In this document: piece after piece, positions 1 to 13,955 of the stretch
How positions within the stretch are numbered: position 1 is the stretch's first letter
How the letters are laid out: every line of letters starts with the position of its first letter
NCBI GenBank assembly: GCA_039621445.1
Contig: CP154954.1
Coordinates: 32,140,012 to 32,204,011 of the forward strand
Reading direction: 5' to 3'
Length of the DNA stretch: 64,000 bases
Source: Euglena gracilis
Lineage: Eukaryota
Notes under the pieces: model-generated
Seen by the model: the letters and a program-made list of their open reading frames with translations, nothing else
Database searches by the model: none
Told to the model about the DNA's origin: nothing
Program-made: the position numbers and the translations under genes

Positions 1-553
1 GGGCGCGGGGGTATGATAAGCAGATGGGGACCACCCGGACCCCAAGGCTGCACCTCCTTGGTCTGCAAGGCGGCGGTGTCCGAGATATCCACACCGGAGA
101 GGAAATAACCGCCCACGAGGCGCACACCGTGCAGGTCCACCACTTGGTCAGAGACCAGGTCCGGGGCCAACGCGCGCAGCCATTAAGGGTTCAACCGCGT
201 GTCTTAGACGCGGATGGCCCCCAGCCGGCGGCACGCAATGTACCAGCAAGTTGAATGTCCCGTAGCTGTCGCGGTTCTAGTCGTACCGCCGCCGCCGGTG
301 AGCGTCGTTGCGCGGAAGTCGAATTCCCGTGCAGCGCATGTTGTCGCCGGTTCCGGAGCCGCCGGCTGAGGGACCAGGGTGTTGAGGGAGCGGGCAGCCT
401 AAGGGCGGCCATCTTGGCGGCCCGACGGAGTGGGTCAGTGGAGCTGGAACATCGGGATGCTGAGGGGGGGGCTCCGAACAATGCTGGCAGCATGAAGCTG
501 CTTCCACACATGGGGGCTTGAGTGCGAGGCTGTGTGCCTGTGCTTTTGGCAAC

Positions 554-975
554 CAAGCTTTTGCTTAAGGACCCCCGGGGGGGTGCTGGCTAGCCAATCG
601 GCTAGACACCGGAAAAATTGGACTAGCTAGACCCCCCCTCCCCCCCGGGGGGAGGGGGGGTCCCCCCCACTGGAAAAAAAATTTCCTCCGGCGCTGTGCG
701 CCGAGGTGGAAATGAGGTTTCTAATAGGTTTTTGGCTGATTTTGTTCCAAAACTTCCCAAGAATCGCCAAAAACGGGCATTTTTGGTCATTTTTGGGGGT
801 CCCAAAAAAAATTTCCGGCGCTTGGCGCTGGTCAATGGAAAAAAAATTGCACTAGTTAGCCCTGCTAGCAGACCCCCCCCCATGGGGGTCTGCTAGAAAT
901 CCCACTAGCCAAGTTTGGACTAGCTGCAGTCCAGCCCCCCCCGGGGGGTACTGCAATCCCTTAAACAAAAGCCTG
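554..975. mobile_element. hAT-like MITE (CAGGCT family)
   Basis: TIRs CAAGCTTTTGCTTAAGG / CCTTAAACAAAAGCCTG; degenerate 8-bp TSD ttggcaac/ctcgcaac; related to 13733-13955. Confidence 0.75.
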
Positions 976-1103
976 CTCGCAACAGCGATCGACCTTCAAC
1001 AAAACAGCTTTTCACCAAAAAAAACTGTATGCAAACTGTTGGGGGAGGGAATACAAATTGTATCGGGGGGGGGGGATGCCCATTGGGGACCGAATGCCTG
1101 GCC

Positions 1104-1836
1104 GGGAGAGGGCTCCTCCTCCACCTGCTCCAAGCCATCGAACGAGACGGTGCGGCGCTCCGTTGATCGCCCATTCCGGGCGGCGGCGCGCCGGCAACGA
1201 GCGGGGTCGCCGGAGCCGTGGCCAGGGACCGAGGCCGAGGCGGTTGGTGGACGGCGCGCCAGGAGGGCGGGGCCTGGCCCAGGGTTCGATATAAGCAAAG
1301 GTGGGGGGGTGGTCTGGACCCCCCCTGCGGGCCAGGAGGGGGGGGGGGGCACCCCCCCACCTAAACAATTGCCATTTTGGGCACATTTTGGGCAAAAATG
1401 TGCCAAAAATGCAAAAAAAAAAAAATTCGGCGCAAAGCGCCGGAGGAAAAACTTGACCCTTTTTGGGGGGGGTCTCGGGAACCCCCCCGAGGGTCGGTCC
1501 GGACTCCCCTTGCAGGTGGGGGGGGGGGTGGTCCGGACCCCCCTGCGGGCCAGGAGGGGGGGGGGTGGGGGGACACCCCCCCACCTAAACCATGTACGCC
1601 CTCCTTATATCAAACCCTGGCCTGGCCGCTGTCCTGACCCGGATCAAACCACATCGTCAACCGCGCCGGTCCCCCACGGGGTCGCCCGGCTTCCTCCGGC
1701 ACCGTCGCCCCCACCGGTCTCCGCCCTCCTCCGGTCCCTGGGCGCCTCCCTCGTTGTTCCGCCGGGTTGGGAGGCGGGACCGCGTGGGGCCGTTGGGCCC
1801 GGCCGGGGGGCTGGGGCACGAGGGGGTGCAGCCCAT
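1104..1836 (-). CDS. 5' part of gene A encoding an MGCTPSC... protein (putative N-myristoylation/palmitoylation motif); continues leftward
   Basis: Exon 1744-1836 (MGCTPSCPS...RRNNEGG) and exon 1104-1217 (GSGDP...RRTVSFDGLEQVEEEPSP) join in frame across intron gccCAGGGACC...GGTCCCTGgccac. An AG lies shortly upstream of the ATG. Paralogous to 20286-20703. Confidence 0.7.
1280..1619. mobile_element. hAT-like MITE (CAGGGTTCGATATAAG family), nested in intron 1 of gene A
   Basis: TIRs CAGGGTTCGATATAAG / CTTATATCAAACCCTG; perfect 8-bp TSD GCCTGGCC (1272-1279, 1620-1627); second copy at 17856-18252. Confidence 0.92.
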
Positions 1837-4129
1837 CGGCTGCCTCTTGAGGGAGGGTCAGGGGAAGAAGAACTGCACGGCGTAGCCCTGGGGGGCAGGG
1901 CGGTACGGGAAGGCCACGGTGGGGGGGGGTCGACTCCTGCCCACCGTGGCACCCGTTCAAAGAAAATTGCTTTGGCGCCAAGGCGCCGAAAGGACATTTT
2001 GACCTAAAAACTGGCGGCACCGAAAATATGGGAAGGCCTGGTGGGGGGAACCCCTCTTACCCCCACGAACGTCGACCCCCCCCCCCGACCCGCCACCCAT
2101 AACGTTGCGGGGATTCCCGTCCAGCCTTGCTTGGGGCGGGGAAGTGTTTGTTTTGATGCATTGGGCGGAAGGATAACAGAAAAAAAATTTCCCCTTATAC
2201 AAAAGGCATTTACCCCCCCCCGTGCGCTTGGCCAGGGCCATGATTGAAAGTAAAGCCTAAAGTTGACCTTTAGCTTTTGCACATGGCCGCTGAAATCCTT
2301 AACATTCAAATTTGACCCCCCCCAAGGTTGGCTGCTTGGCCTAGGGGACCAAGTTTGCATGTAAGGAGGAGGGGGGCCAAGTCGGGGGGGGGGGGGCATA
2401 TTTGGTGCTTTCTCTGGAGGATTGTTGAATGTGATGTGATGGAAATTTCTAACAAAAAAAGACGGCTCTGTGTTTCAATGCTTGTTTCATTTCGTCCTCA
2501 GAGAAATCGTGGAAATATTTCGTCCCGAGGTTGCAGAAGAGATCCAACTCACCAAATTTCACGAGTTTCCTGTCAAAAGTAGTGGCAACTTCAACGCCCC
2601 ATTCTCTCCGACCGGTGAATTCATCAACAACTTATCGGAATAGGGAAATTAATCCTCGATTGAAAGGCATTTTCAGGGGAGAACGTTCAAAGAAAGGGAA
2701 AAAATCGGCGGTTGCTGGTCATGCTGGCCACAATACCCCACAACTCCACAGTCCCATACACCCCCACCTCCCCCCCATGAGTGTCCTGGAACATGGCCCC
2801 GGAAGGGCCTGCCAGACACCCACAAGCCTTCGAGTGTGTGGTCACTTCGGCGCCCCTGCTACCCATGCAGGGAGGGCTGTGGAGTCGAGTCCGAAAGGAC
2901 CAACGTGTCAGGCCAACCAACCGGTCCCGGAAGGGTGACGCTGCGATGTCACTGGACCGGGGGTTGTCAGGCTGAAGATGACACGGAGAGAGGGACGCTC
3001 TCTCACTCACCCACCAAACACCCCCCCCCACACTACCTCCACACCCCCCACAGTACCACATCACAATTTTGCATCATTCTTTGACTTATTCGGCCTTCAG
3101 CCTCATTCAAATGAGCATACCCCCCCACAGCACCCCACACTTAACTGTGTGGGCTCCACTTTATACCATATGCGGGGAAGGGAATGCCTTGTGATATGGG
3201 GTGCCTGCCCAAAGCAGGCACCCCCCAACCCGAGGAGGTTTTGGGCCCGATGCCTGCCAACCAAGCCAATTTCAGTGGGTGTGCTATAGCACCACCCACG
3301 CCCAAAACTCAACCGCCCCCAGGGGTTGATGCCCTACCCTCCTGCCTGCCCATAGCAGCCTCGGGGTGCAAACTTCCCAAAAAAGAATCCTGCCCAAGGA
3401 TCAAGGCACGCCCCAGGGAGGGGGTCCAGCGACCCACTCACCCACCTACTCGCGAAATCCCCCCGGAGGGGTCACGCAGGTGTTAAATGAATCCATGGCC
3501 ATGGATCGCAGGGAATTCGCTGCGGACCAGTTTGAACTTCGCCATCAGCTATTCCCATCCCCATCCGGAATAGCCACCTTGCGACATAACATGACGTCCC
3601 GGAAAGGATACCGATCAAATAGAAAAACCTGCACGCGATGCGTCTTGAGCTCGAGAGGCAGCTGCACCACAGTGTCCTGCTGTCACAGCAGGGGTCAGCG
3701 CAGGCCAACCACCTCTCACGGTCTCACAGGCAGCGGAGGGACAGCGCAACGTGCCACCCGTGACCCGCTAGGCAGTTGCTGGGCTCGTTGCTGGCATCGG
3801 GGTCATCAACGCAAACCATTGGCGCGGGCGCTTTAAAAACCCCTCACGTTAAGTGCGGCCGACATAACTGGGGGGTCTGGTTTATATCCAGGCTGAGTCC
3901 CAACCAGACGAAATTCCCTTCTGAATGACTTTTAGGCACCGGAGCATCGGAGGCACCAAGAGCGCTGCACCTTTCTGGCAACCCTCTCCCCGGGTCTGCA
4001 AAACCATAAAGAGATGCCTGCTGATGCCCTTCCCCTCCATGTTCGGAAGACGAGCATTGGGCTTACGCGAGATCCTGCCCTTTGCGTACTCCCCATGGAA
4101 CTTTTGGTCCAGGCGGAAATCCGAACACA

Positions 4130-4460
4130 AAATTTTTCAACCAAATGCAAATTTTGGCCGACACAGGGTGTCGCATTCCCCTTCTCTTTCGAACAGGAGT
4201 AATTCCCAACTCCCTCTTGGTGAAAACCAAGTACTTCATCAAAATCATGACTGCTGGCAACAGCCCCATGTGCGGTGGTTTCTTGGGATGCTTTTTTGGA
4301 CATACTCCTCCCTATCATCCCCAAGCACCACCCACAACCCCGACAAATACAAAATTTTCTGGGTACCTGGAGTTACAAATCGGGTATCCGCGGCTCTGAT
4401 GTAATTTTGGGTTTTCCATTCTTGCGTCAGAACCGCCTGGTTGTGGATTGCCCCTCCCTT
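4130..4460 (+). pseudogene. Retropepsin (retrotransposon aspartic protease) relic
   Basis: ILADTGC (DTG at 4160-4168), IKIMTAG and, after a frameshift, DVILGFPFLRQNRLVVD (from 4398): the hallmark retropepsin motifs in order. Confidence 0.65.
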
Positions 4461-7400
4461 GGTTTGCGTACTACTGCGCGCACACAACCTTCACCACCTA
4501 ATTTTTCCCCCGATCCGTCTCCCCAGACGTCCCCCCGCCTTGCCACAACGTTTTCTACAACCGAAAACACCGTTTCCTACACCAGGGGTAAAGAGAAAGC
4601 CGCCGCCCCCCTACCCCCTACACTTTTACCGCACGTTTCCCATGTGGTAGGGAAAGCGAGTAGCTTAAGGGCTGGAGAACAGCGAAGGTGCAACGAAGCC
4701 CCAAAACAATTGGAGGATTCCAAGCAGTTCTAAAGCAGTTCCATCGAATTGATGATTTCAAACACTTTGAATTGATGATTTCAAAACTGGCGACTTTGGT
4801 CAAACCCATACCGATGAATAAGAGCAATGATGTGGGGTGTTCTTGTGCCAAAATACTTAAAAAAAAAAACATTAAACTCTCATTTTCAAAAAAAAACTTT
4901 GAAAAGAATGTCACCAAATAAAATCATAGCCAAAAAAACCAGGTTGTGTAAACCAATGACCGATCAAACAACCTTCTTTGGGCAATTTCATCTCTGTCGC
5001 AAAAATGATGGAGCTGTTGTCGGGATTTGCCGGGATGTGTCAGGATTCGTCAGAACCCCACCTACAGGAGGTCCAAACAGGGTTGTCGGGATTTGTCGGG
5101 ATGTGTCGGGATTTGCCGCTGGAGGTGTTTGACCAGCACCACCCTCACCACTGGCACCCAGGCAGCGAACCGCAGGGTTGGGCGCGAACGACGGAGAGCA
5201 GCGCAGGGGAGGGAGGCTGGCGATGACGGCGGCGAGGTGGGGCGAGGCCCCTCCCTCCCGGTCCAACGCCACGCAGGGGCACGCACAAAGTCGCCGCCAC
5301 CCTTGGCCCGCTTCGCACACAAGTCTCAGGAGGAAAAACAACACCGGGTTTCTGGAGCAGTGCGTGAAGTTACACCAAGGATAGATATTGGATATCGCCC
5401 CATATTGGCCTTATTTTTCATTGTGGCAGATTATTTTTGTAGGAAAAAAGTGCATGTTTTGGACAATAATATGCAAAATGGTACCTTGCACCTTATTTTT
5501 CGAAAAAAATGCCACAAAATAGAAACCAAAAATGACACACCAAAAGAAAATACAATACCAACTTGTGGTACTTTGCGACACGAGTGGGTACTGGCATTAT
5601 TTGACACGCTGTATGTATTTTCAATTTCACTTTTAATGTGAAATTGGTCCCAAAATGTGTAGATGCAAATTTCAATTGTTTGCAAAAAAATTTCCCTACG
5701 CAACCTCCTGAAAAAATCTTATCAAAAAAATGGCAGAGCAAAATATGCAAAAAATGGAAAACTTTCTTTTCAAAATTATGCAAAAAAGCAAGTTTTCAAA
5801 TTCTTCTCCCTTCAGTTCCAAAATACATATGCAAATATGGAAGCTTCCTCTCAGCCTTTCCGCCTATTCTGTCTCACCCAAGCTTTTGCCACCAGAAAAA
5901 ATACTTGCCAACCCATTTCCACCACTACCCTTGGGCCTGCCACTCAATCTCATTCCATTTTATCCTCCTGCTCCCCAGTCAATTCTGTGAAATTATGGAT
6001 CAGACCATCTTCCCCTTTGAAGCCCCACACAGCCTTACCTGTCAGTTTTACAAATGGTCTTTAGATATCCAGTCCCCCAAAAGACCAAAGATAAGACTTG
6101 AAAAAATCTCTTGGCAACCCCCATGGATGCCACTCAAAGCCTGGAAAGTTGTGACTGGTTGGAAAAGGGGTGCTGGCTGAACCTCTCCATTGGGGTCCCC
6201 TGCTGGAACTGGGCCGAATTGGGGGGGGGTCAAAACGGCACCAACCAATCGAAACCGCAAAAACGCGTATTTCTCGTAAAATTCTTTGAAAGCAGAAAAG
6301 GACCTGCCCCCGCCAGCCGCCCGAAAGTAAAGAATTCCTGTCGATGGGGGGAAGGGTCCACGGCTTTTTTCCAGCCTGCTGGCTGGACCGCCCCTCCCCC
6401 CCTGGAGGATGGGGTCAAATTTCCTTAAACGACGCGCTGCGACCAACACACAGGGAACACCATGGGGTGGAACACGGGGTGCCGGCATATCCTTTGCCCC
6501 CCCCCAGGCAGGATGAGCAAAAAAAATTCGGAATATAAAAAGGCGGGTCGTCTAAGCTGGTGGGCATCACGTGGAGAGGGGAAGGAACGCCGGTCATGCG
6601 CCGGCATTTGGCTTGTGGGTGCGATGTGGATCCAGTGGCCTGTGGAGCACCAGAGGGTCGTGGGGCAGCCACGTAAATGAACCCACCCACTATGCTCAAA
6701 AAAAAAAGAAAACCCAACTTTCAAACGCCCCTTTCTGGTTCAATCATTTGGGCTGGGACCCGAAGCAGGGGATTTCTTGGGGACCCCGGGGGGTGGGGGT
6801 CCAGCCCAGGCGGTTTCCAAGGCGCCTTAAAAAATATTAAAATATTAGAAACCTCAAAAAATGTTTCAAAATTTTTGGCCAATTTGCCTGAAAACCCCTT
6901 GAAAAAAAAACTTGAAAAATTCTTCTGCTTTTGAAATTCGAAAATGAAGTCACCGTCAAAATCTCGGCAAAAACAAGACAATTCGGAGAAAAAATGATTT
7001 TTAACATCACAGGAACATTCTCTATCCACCCAAACTCGACAAAAAATGAGGCTTTAGATTCCTTTGATTTTGGACCCGTTCGATGCTGGGATGGCCTTGG
7101 ACTTCCCTTGAAAATAGACGCAAAAAACGTTAAAAATAGACATAAAAATAGACGTAAAAAAGTTTTTAAAAAATTACACCTTAAATCATAAAACATAAAA
7201 CATAATACCCCCTGGTCCATCAGGCCGGCTGGAAGTGTTGGTTGGACCCAGAGGGTGGGAGGGGGTCGGGGGGTATGGTGGCCAAGTTTGCATATTAAGA
7301 ATTCTGGCGGCCATAGGCAAAAGGCCGAAGGCCAATTTTGGGGGGGGGGGGGCAAAGCTGCATGAAAGGAGGACGGGAGCCAAGCGCCCGAGGGGGGAGG

Positions 7401-7965
7401 TAATTTGCAAAGCCCCAACTCTGAAATACACCATTTTTGGCTATCTTGACCCCCTTTTCAACATTTTCGGTCCAGCCCTGTGCTGTGCCTCCAACTGCAT
7501 TCCAGCGGATTCTGGGGGGGGGGGGGCTCCACAGCCAGCCTGGGAGCCACTGGCTGGGAAACAAAAGGGAGCTGGCTGGCTGGATGGGCCCCCTCAGGAG
7601 GGGGGGCGGGGGCGCTCTTTCTTTTTTTTCCTGGGGCGGGGGTTTTAAGTGAAAATTCCCCATCCACACCTTTGGTGCAGAAGGGGCTTTAGATGCACAG
7701 TGCCACAGTGGGGTGGTCTGGCCATCGTCCACGTCCTGGGTGGGGAGGTGACCCCCACCAGGCCTCCCGGGACAGTTCTGGAGGAGGCACAACCGGCCTG
7801 CATTCTTTCTGGTTGATTGCCAGAAAACAAGCCACTATCCAACCTCTGTCTATTTATTGGGCAGGGAAATGGCAATGGTGTTGAATGGATATTTGAGCAA
7901 AGTTTGGAAAAAAAGATCCGGAATCGTCATGTCATTCAATTTTTTTCATCATCATTTTTCCCCTA

Positions 7966-8145
7966 CCTCCCCCCCCCTTGTCGTTGACACGCCAATGTTC
8001 CAGGAGAGTGCCGTTGGCACGGGGGGTGTGTCAACGACACGCCATGTCAATGTCACTGTGCTTCAATAGGTAGTGTTCCAGAAAAGTGTCGTTGACACGG
8101 GGGGTGTGTCAACGACATGCCGTGTCAACGACAAGGGGGGGGAGG
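7966..8145. mobile_element. Palindromic MITE of the CCTCCCCCCCTTGTC family
   Basis: TIRs CCTCCCCCCCCTTGTCGTTGACACG / CGTGTCAACGACAAGGGGGGGGAGG; internal GTGTCAACGAC repeats. Confidence 0.8.
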
Positions 8146-9597
8146 TTAGCTTTATTGGGCACCCCCATCATGCCCGAGCTTTAATTTGTGCTGGCTTCAT
8201 TTTAAGGAAGTGTGCAATTCTTGTGGATGGGGGTCCGACCCCAAAGGAATATTTTTGAGAAAGTTGATTTGCACAATATTTTGAGGATGATTATTCCAAA
8301 TTTGAGCTGGAAATAGATGGAAAAGAGATGACGCAAAATTGTGGCGGTTTTTCTAGACCTTAAAGTTTGAAAAAAAATTGAGTGGACAAATTACCTCCCA
8401 CCCGCATCAATTACCCCCCCCCCAAGCAAAAACTGTTGGAGGCTGCTTAGGAGCAGCATGTAGGTGGTGTTAAAGTTTATCTTTTCATTTGGACCTGACA
8501 TTCTCATCGCTAAGGCTCAAATCAAATAAAAATTCATTTCATACCATGTACACAGCGGGGTTGCATTTTGGGGGAGGCTGTCGGTATAACTGTGGGTGCA
8601 GACCTCTTTGCGCATTCCCAAACTTTTCTTGCATTCCGTCCTTTTTGAGTGGCACACTTCAACCGCGGTTGTCCTTGGCCTTGGAACTCCAGAGCAAGAG
8701 GTGTCACCCCCAGGGCAGGTTTTTTTTTACCAACCCGGGGTGCCTTGTACAATGGGAGGCCTGACCACATCAGCCCCCCCCACCCCCCGGCGAGTCAGTT
8801 TTGGGCCCCGGTGACTGAGCCTGTGACTTGAAAATGACCATTTCCGGGCCCAGCGCCAAAGGCGCCGGGGTGTGTGCTATAGCACTATCCACCCCAAAAC
8901 CTGACCTCCCGGGGAGGTCGAAAATGCCCTACCCCCTGCCTGCCCATAGCACCCACCCCTGTGCTATGGGTGTCAACACCCCCACCACCACCCATACAGT
9001 TCCTGGGATTCACAGTTGGCCCTGGGCAATTTGACGGTCCTACCACTGGGTTTGTGGATTGCACAAAAGTCCAAATCAGACTCACATATCAGATGGAGCG
9101 GGAAACTCGTTGGCAAGGCCATTCACAACGCGGCTCTGAGGGATAAGTGGAGCTGCAGGGTACGGCAGAACAGTTTGTAGACTGACAAATTGTACGACAT
9201 AACAGTTTGTCAACTGACCACACCCTACAACCCGTGAACCATCGTTGGGGGGGTCGTACGTCTTCCGACGTGCAACGTCTGGTACCCGCCCCCCCCCCCC
9301 TTGTCGTACGACCGGGTTCCTGCAACCTGTGACCGGGGGGGGGGGGGGGGGGCGTAACACCCCCATGACCTGCAACCTGTGACTGGGGGGTGGTCGTAAA
9401 TGAGGGGTGGTCGTACGACTAGGGGGGGGGGGGTGGAAAAAATCAAGGGAAGAACCCACCTCTGCTGCTCTCATCTTTGCCGTTTTCATTTATACATATA
9501 TACAAATGCATATATACACACACATATGTATATGCATACACACATATATACATATGTTATACATATATATGTGTGTGTATATATATGTATATATACA

Positions 9598-10847
9598 CAC
9601 TCAGTTGCAAAAATCTTCATACCCCTGGCGTGTCAAAAGTCTTCACACCCCCATTTTTTTGCAAACTTTTTTGGAGAACTTAAACAGGGGTTCAGTTCAC
9701 CCCGGTATGTCAAAAGCCGCACATAAGAATGCTTGCACAGGGGACATGTGATGCTGCTGGGTGTGTGCAACGTTGCCCATGGTCCCTGAACGGAAGGTGC
9801 AATGAAGCCACACACCAGGTGCCAGCAGCAAAAACATCGCACACAGCTGATCGCCCTTCGGGATAATTAGTCAGTTGGATGGGGAAAAAAAATGTTCGGT
9901 CCCTACGAGCCACTACACGCCTTATCTTCACAACAAAAATTGTACTGAATCATTCTGTTTAATTTGCTATTTCTTTCCTAAAGAGTAATCAGTCGTGTGC
10001 AGTAATTGTCGTGTGTTTTTGCTGCTAGCACCTGGTGTGTGGCTTCATTGTGCCTTCCATTCAGGGACCATGGGCAACGTTGCTCACACCCAGCAGCATC
10101 ACATGTCCCCTGTGCAAGCATTCTTATGTGCGGCTTTTGAGATACCTCCCCCCCCTTGTCCAACGACCACTAATGTTCGTCTCTGACCGGGGGGGGGGGG
10201 GGCGGTCGCTAAAATGGCCAATGTTCGTCTCCGACCAGTGGGGGTGGTCATTAGACAAGCGGGGTGGCCCCCAAATCGGAGGAAAATTTACCATAGATGG
10301 GGTATATGGCCATTTTTGGGCTGTTTTTGGCCATTTATGCTATTTCTTGACTACAGTTGGCCACTTTTGGCCATTTTTGGACATTTTTTGGGCGCTTTTG
10401 GGAATTTTTAGGCATTTTTGACCGCTTTTCGCCATGTTTGGTCGCTTTTGGCCACTTTTGGCAACTGTTGGCCACACTTTGGCCCCCTTTGCCCATTTTT
10501 GGCCACTTTAGGCTGTTTTTGGTTACTTTTGGCCATATTTGCCTTATTTTTGCTTTTTTTTGGCAACTTTTTGGGCACCTTTGGCCATCCCTCGGCCATT
10601 TTAGGCCATTTGGGTTATTTTTGACTGTTTTTAGCCAATTTTTAGCAATTTTGGACGAACCAACATCGTATACAAAAAGATCGTCTCTGACCGGGGGGGG
10701 GGGGGTCGTTAGACAAGCCCGGTCGTTGGACAAGGGGGGAGGAGGAGGTACCGGTGTGAACTGAACCCTGTTTAAGTTCTCCAAAAAAAATTGGGGGTGT
10801 GAAGACTTTTGACACACCAGGGGTATGAAGACTTTCACAACTGAGTG
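9598..10847. mobile_element. Tc1/mariner-like non-autonomous element with long (~250 bp) inverted repeats
   Basis: 9598-~9855 is inverted at ~9985-10144 plus 10749-10847; ends CACTCAGTTG/CAACTGAGTG; sits between AT/CA microsatellites. Confidence 0.8.
10145..10748. mobile_element. TA-targeting MITE (CCTCCCCCCCTTGTC TIR) nested in the right arm of 9598-10847
   Basis: TA duplicated on both sides; the uninterrupted left arm has a single TA at the equivalent site. Confidence 0.85.
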
Positions 10848-10911
10848 CATATATATGTGTGTGTGTATACACACACACACACACACATATATACACATAC
10901 ATATATACGTA

Positions 10912-11530
<619 letters not shown>

Positions 11531-13732
11531 CACACATATATATACATATATGTATATATGTATAAACACTTTCCGATACCCCCACTACGCCAAGGTAGAG
11601 TATGAAGCATCTTGGTCCCTTTCCTGTGCCATGGCATATTCATTCTGTTTGTTGATGCCTGTGGTTCCCTAAGTTCAAGAACACTCTACAATCAATTTCT
11701 TTCCCTAAAACTCACTTTTTCATTCGTGGAAAAATTAAGGCACTTTAAATAATAATGCTAGTTTCCCCCATCCCCCCCAAAAAAACGTTGGCAGTTTGTG
11801 CAGGATTCTGTGGTCATCAGGGTGCACTTGTCTCGCCGAAATTCTTCACATGGAAACTTGGCCCCCAAGGTTGACCCCCTACCTTCAATCCTCAAGCCAA
11901 GTGCAGGGGGGGGGGTCAACGGCACTCGCAATCACTGACCTCAACTGGCTTGAAAATAAAGCAACTTTTTCAGAAATTTTCCAAAGTGAAAGTGGAATCA
12001 AAAGCATATTGAAATAGGCCAAAACATTAAGAAATAAAGCCACGATCGCAAGCTAAGACCGAAGGTCACCTGCAGTTGCCTGCAAGGAGGGGGGAAACAC
12101 ATACATTTAAGCATGTTTCTTCACTGAATTGCCTTTCATCAGACCTAGGGGGCGTTGAGCACCCATGATGCGCAGTACACATTTGCAATTTTGATAAATT
12201 GGATTAAAATCATTCTGGACCAGCTTTTATCACTTCTCGTCTTCGGGGGTTACAAATCAAATGGGCAGGTCTCCATCATGCAAACTGTTGTCAGGTGTGG
12301 GTGTGCCAGCAGAACAAGGGCAAACCATACAGCCTGGGGGTGGAGGGAAAATATTGCTGAGGGGAAGCAAAGCACAACACGGTTGACCTGTTTCTCTGGC
12401 AGATACAATTGTCCAAGGCCTCATTCAAGCCCTGAGGACTTTGAATGCTTCAGCCAAACAAAGCCATGCCCATTTTGAAACAAGAATGCAATGGCTCAAA
12501 AGAAAAGGTGGATATTTTATCTGTAAAGTCTGTTTGAAATTTGAAGGAAAAAAGGGCATGGTCGTTGTGTTGAAGAGGTTGGTATAGGGTGGATGCAACG
12601 GACAGAAAAACAACAATGAGATTTGGCATGGTGTGCTGATTCAAAAATAAACACACCGTATGACTCCTGGCCAATCATATGAGCAATTAGGAGATAAATA
12701 CTTGTTATATTTCGAGAACAAGGAGTGTGCTTCAGGATTTCAGGGATGCAGTATGTAACCATTCATAAAATTTAACACTGTTTGATAATGTTAAAGCAAT
12801 GTGCTGGGGGGACAACAACCAATTGTACACCTAATACCTATCAAACGGTTCGTCTTACCGTAACCTATGAAGAGTACTTATCTTAAGGTGGGCTTCCTAC
12901 TTATATGCTTTCAGCAGTTATCCACTCCGGACGTGACTACCCGTTTGAATGATCCCTGTGAATTTGTGGTCAAACCAGAGTGAGCTCCCCCGCAGCAACG
13001 GCAATAGATGCAGCACACTCCAAACGAATGCCGACCGCGGCAGTTGTGCCGCAGCCCCCAGGGCACTCGAACGCAGCGCAGCTGAGAAGCATAGGGTAGC
13101 AGGGCACAACCTCCGTCATCAGGCAGGAACCGCCGCTGTGAGGCACTTATGGGGGCGGGGGGGGGCTCAAAGTCCCTACAGCGCTGGAATTACACCAGAG
13201 TTACTCACCCGGCCAGGGGGAGCAACAAAAGAGGACTGGCGTAAGGGGTCCCTGGCCACTCACCACGCAGCAAACTGGGCCAGAAGCGAAGTTAGCGCCG
13301 GCCATAAACAGACAAGAAGCCTTAGTGCAACTAAGGGGGGGGGGGGGCTCAAAGGAGAAGGCGATCAGAGCAGCGAGATGGCCCCAAGCTGAAGAGACTC
13401 ATGTCGCGTCTTCGGAGCTATATGGAGTGGGGGAGTGTCAGCGGTTGGATGGGGGCAACGGTCAGGGAGGAGGGGTGTACTGGAGGGCGTGGGGCGGTCT
13501 CCGGGAGGCCCCATCAGCAGCGTCTGTGCAGCCCCCCGCCAGCCCAGCCCTGAGCCGGAACCTCATCCCCCCCCCCCCCCCGGGTGTGGACCATCCGGCA
13601 GCTGCTGACAACCGCGCTCACCCTCCTCCCTTTCATGGAGAAATGCGCCGGCGGACAGGCCCGTGACCCATTCTTCCGGCGCCCTCCCAAACACATTACG
13701 CATCCGCGCACATTGAGGGTGTCAGTGGATTG

Positions 13733-13955
13733 CAGGCCATTGCTTAAGCCCCCCGGGGGGTGCACTGGCTGCTATTTTGCTGGACACTGCAAAAAGCCAC
13801 TGGCGAAACCCTCCGGGGGGGGTCTGGGGAAAAAATATTTTTTCCCATGCTGCATGTTGACCGGGGGGAGGGTCGACAAGGATTTCCACTGGCCAAATGT
13901 GGACTAGCTGCTGTCCAGCCCCCGGGGGGTGCTCGAACCCTTAAGCAATAGCCTG
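13733..13955. mobile_element. hAT-like MITE
   Basis: TIRs CAGGCCATTGCTTAAG / CTTAAGCAATAGCCTG; perfect 8-bp TSD GTGGATTG. Confidence 0.92.

Noticed and set aside
1-520. Downstream exons of gene A
   Set aside because: Looks coding (e.g. LEPRQL versus AEPRPL near 17.6 kb), but I could not fix frame and junctions.
1039-2007. 322-aa plus-strand ORF
   Set aside because: Runs through a MITE and is antisense to exons of gene A; open only because of high GC.
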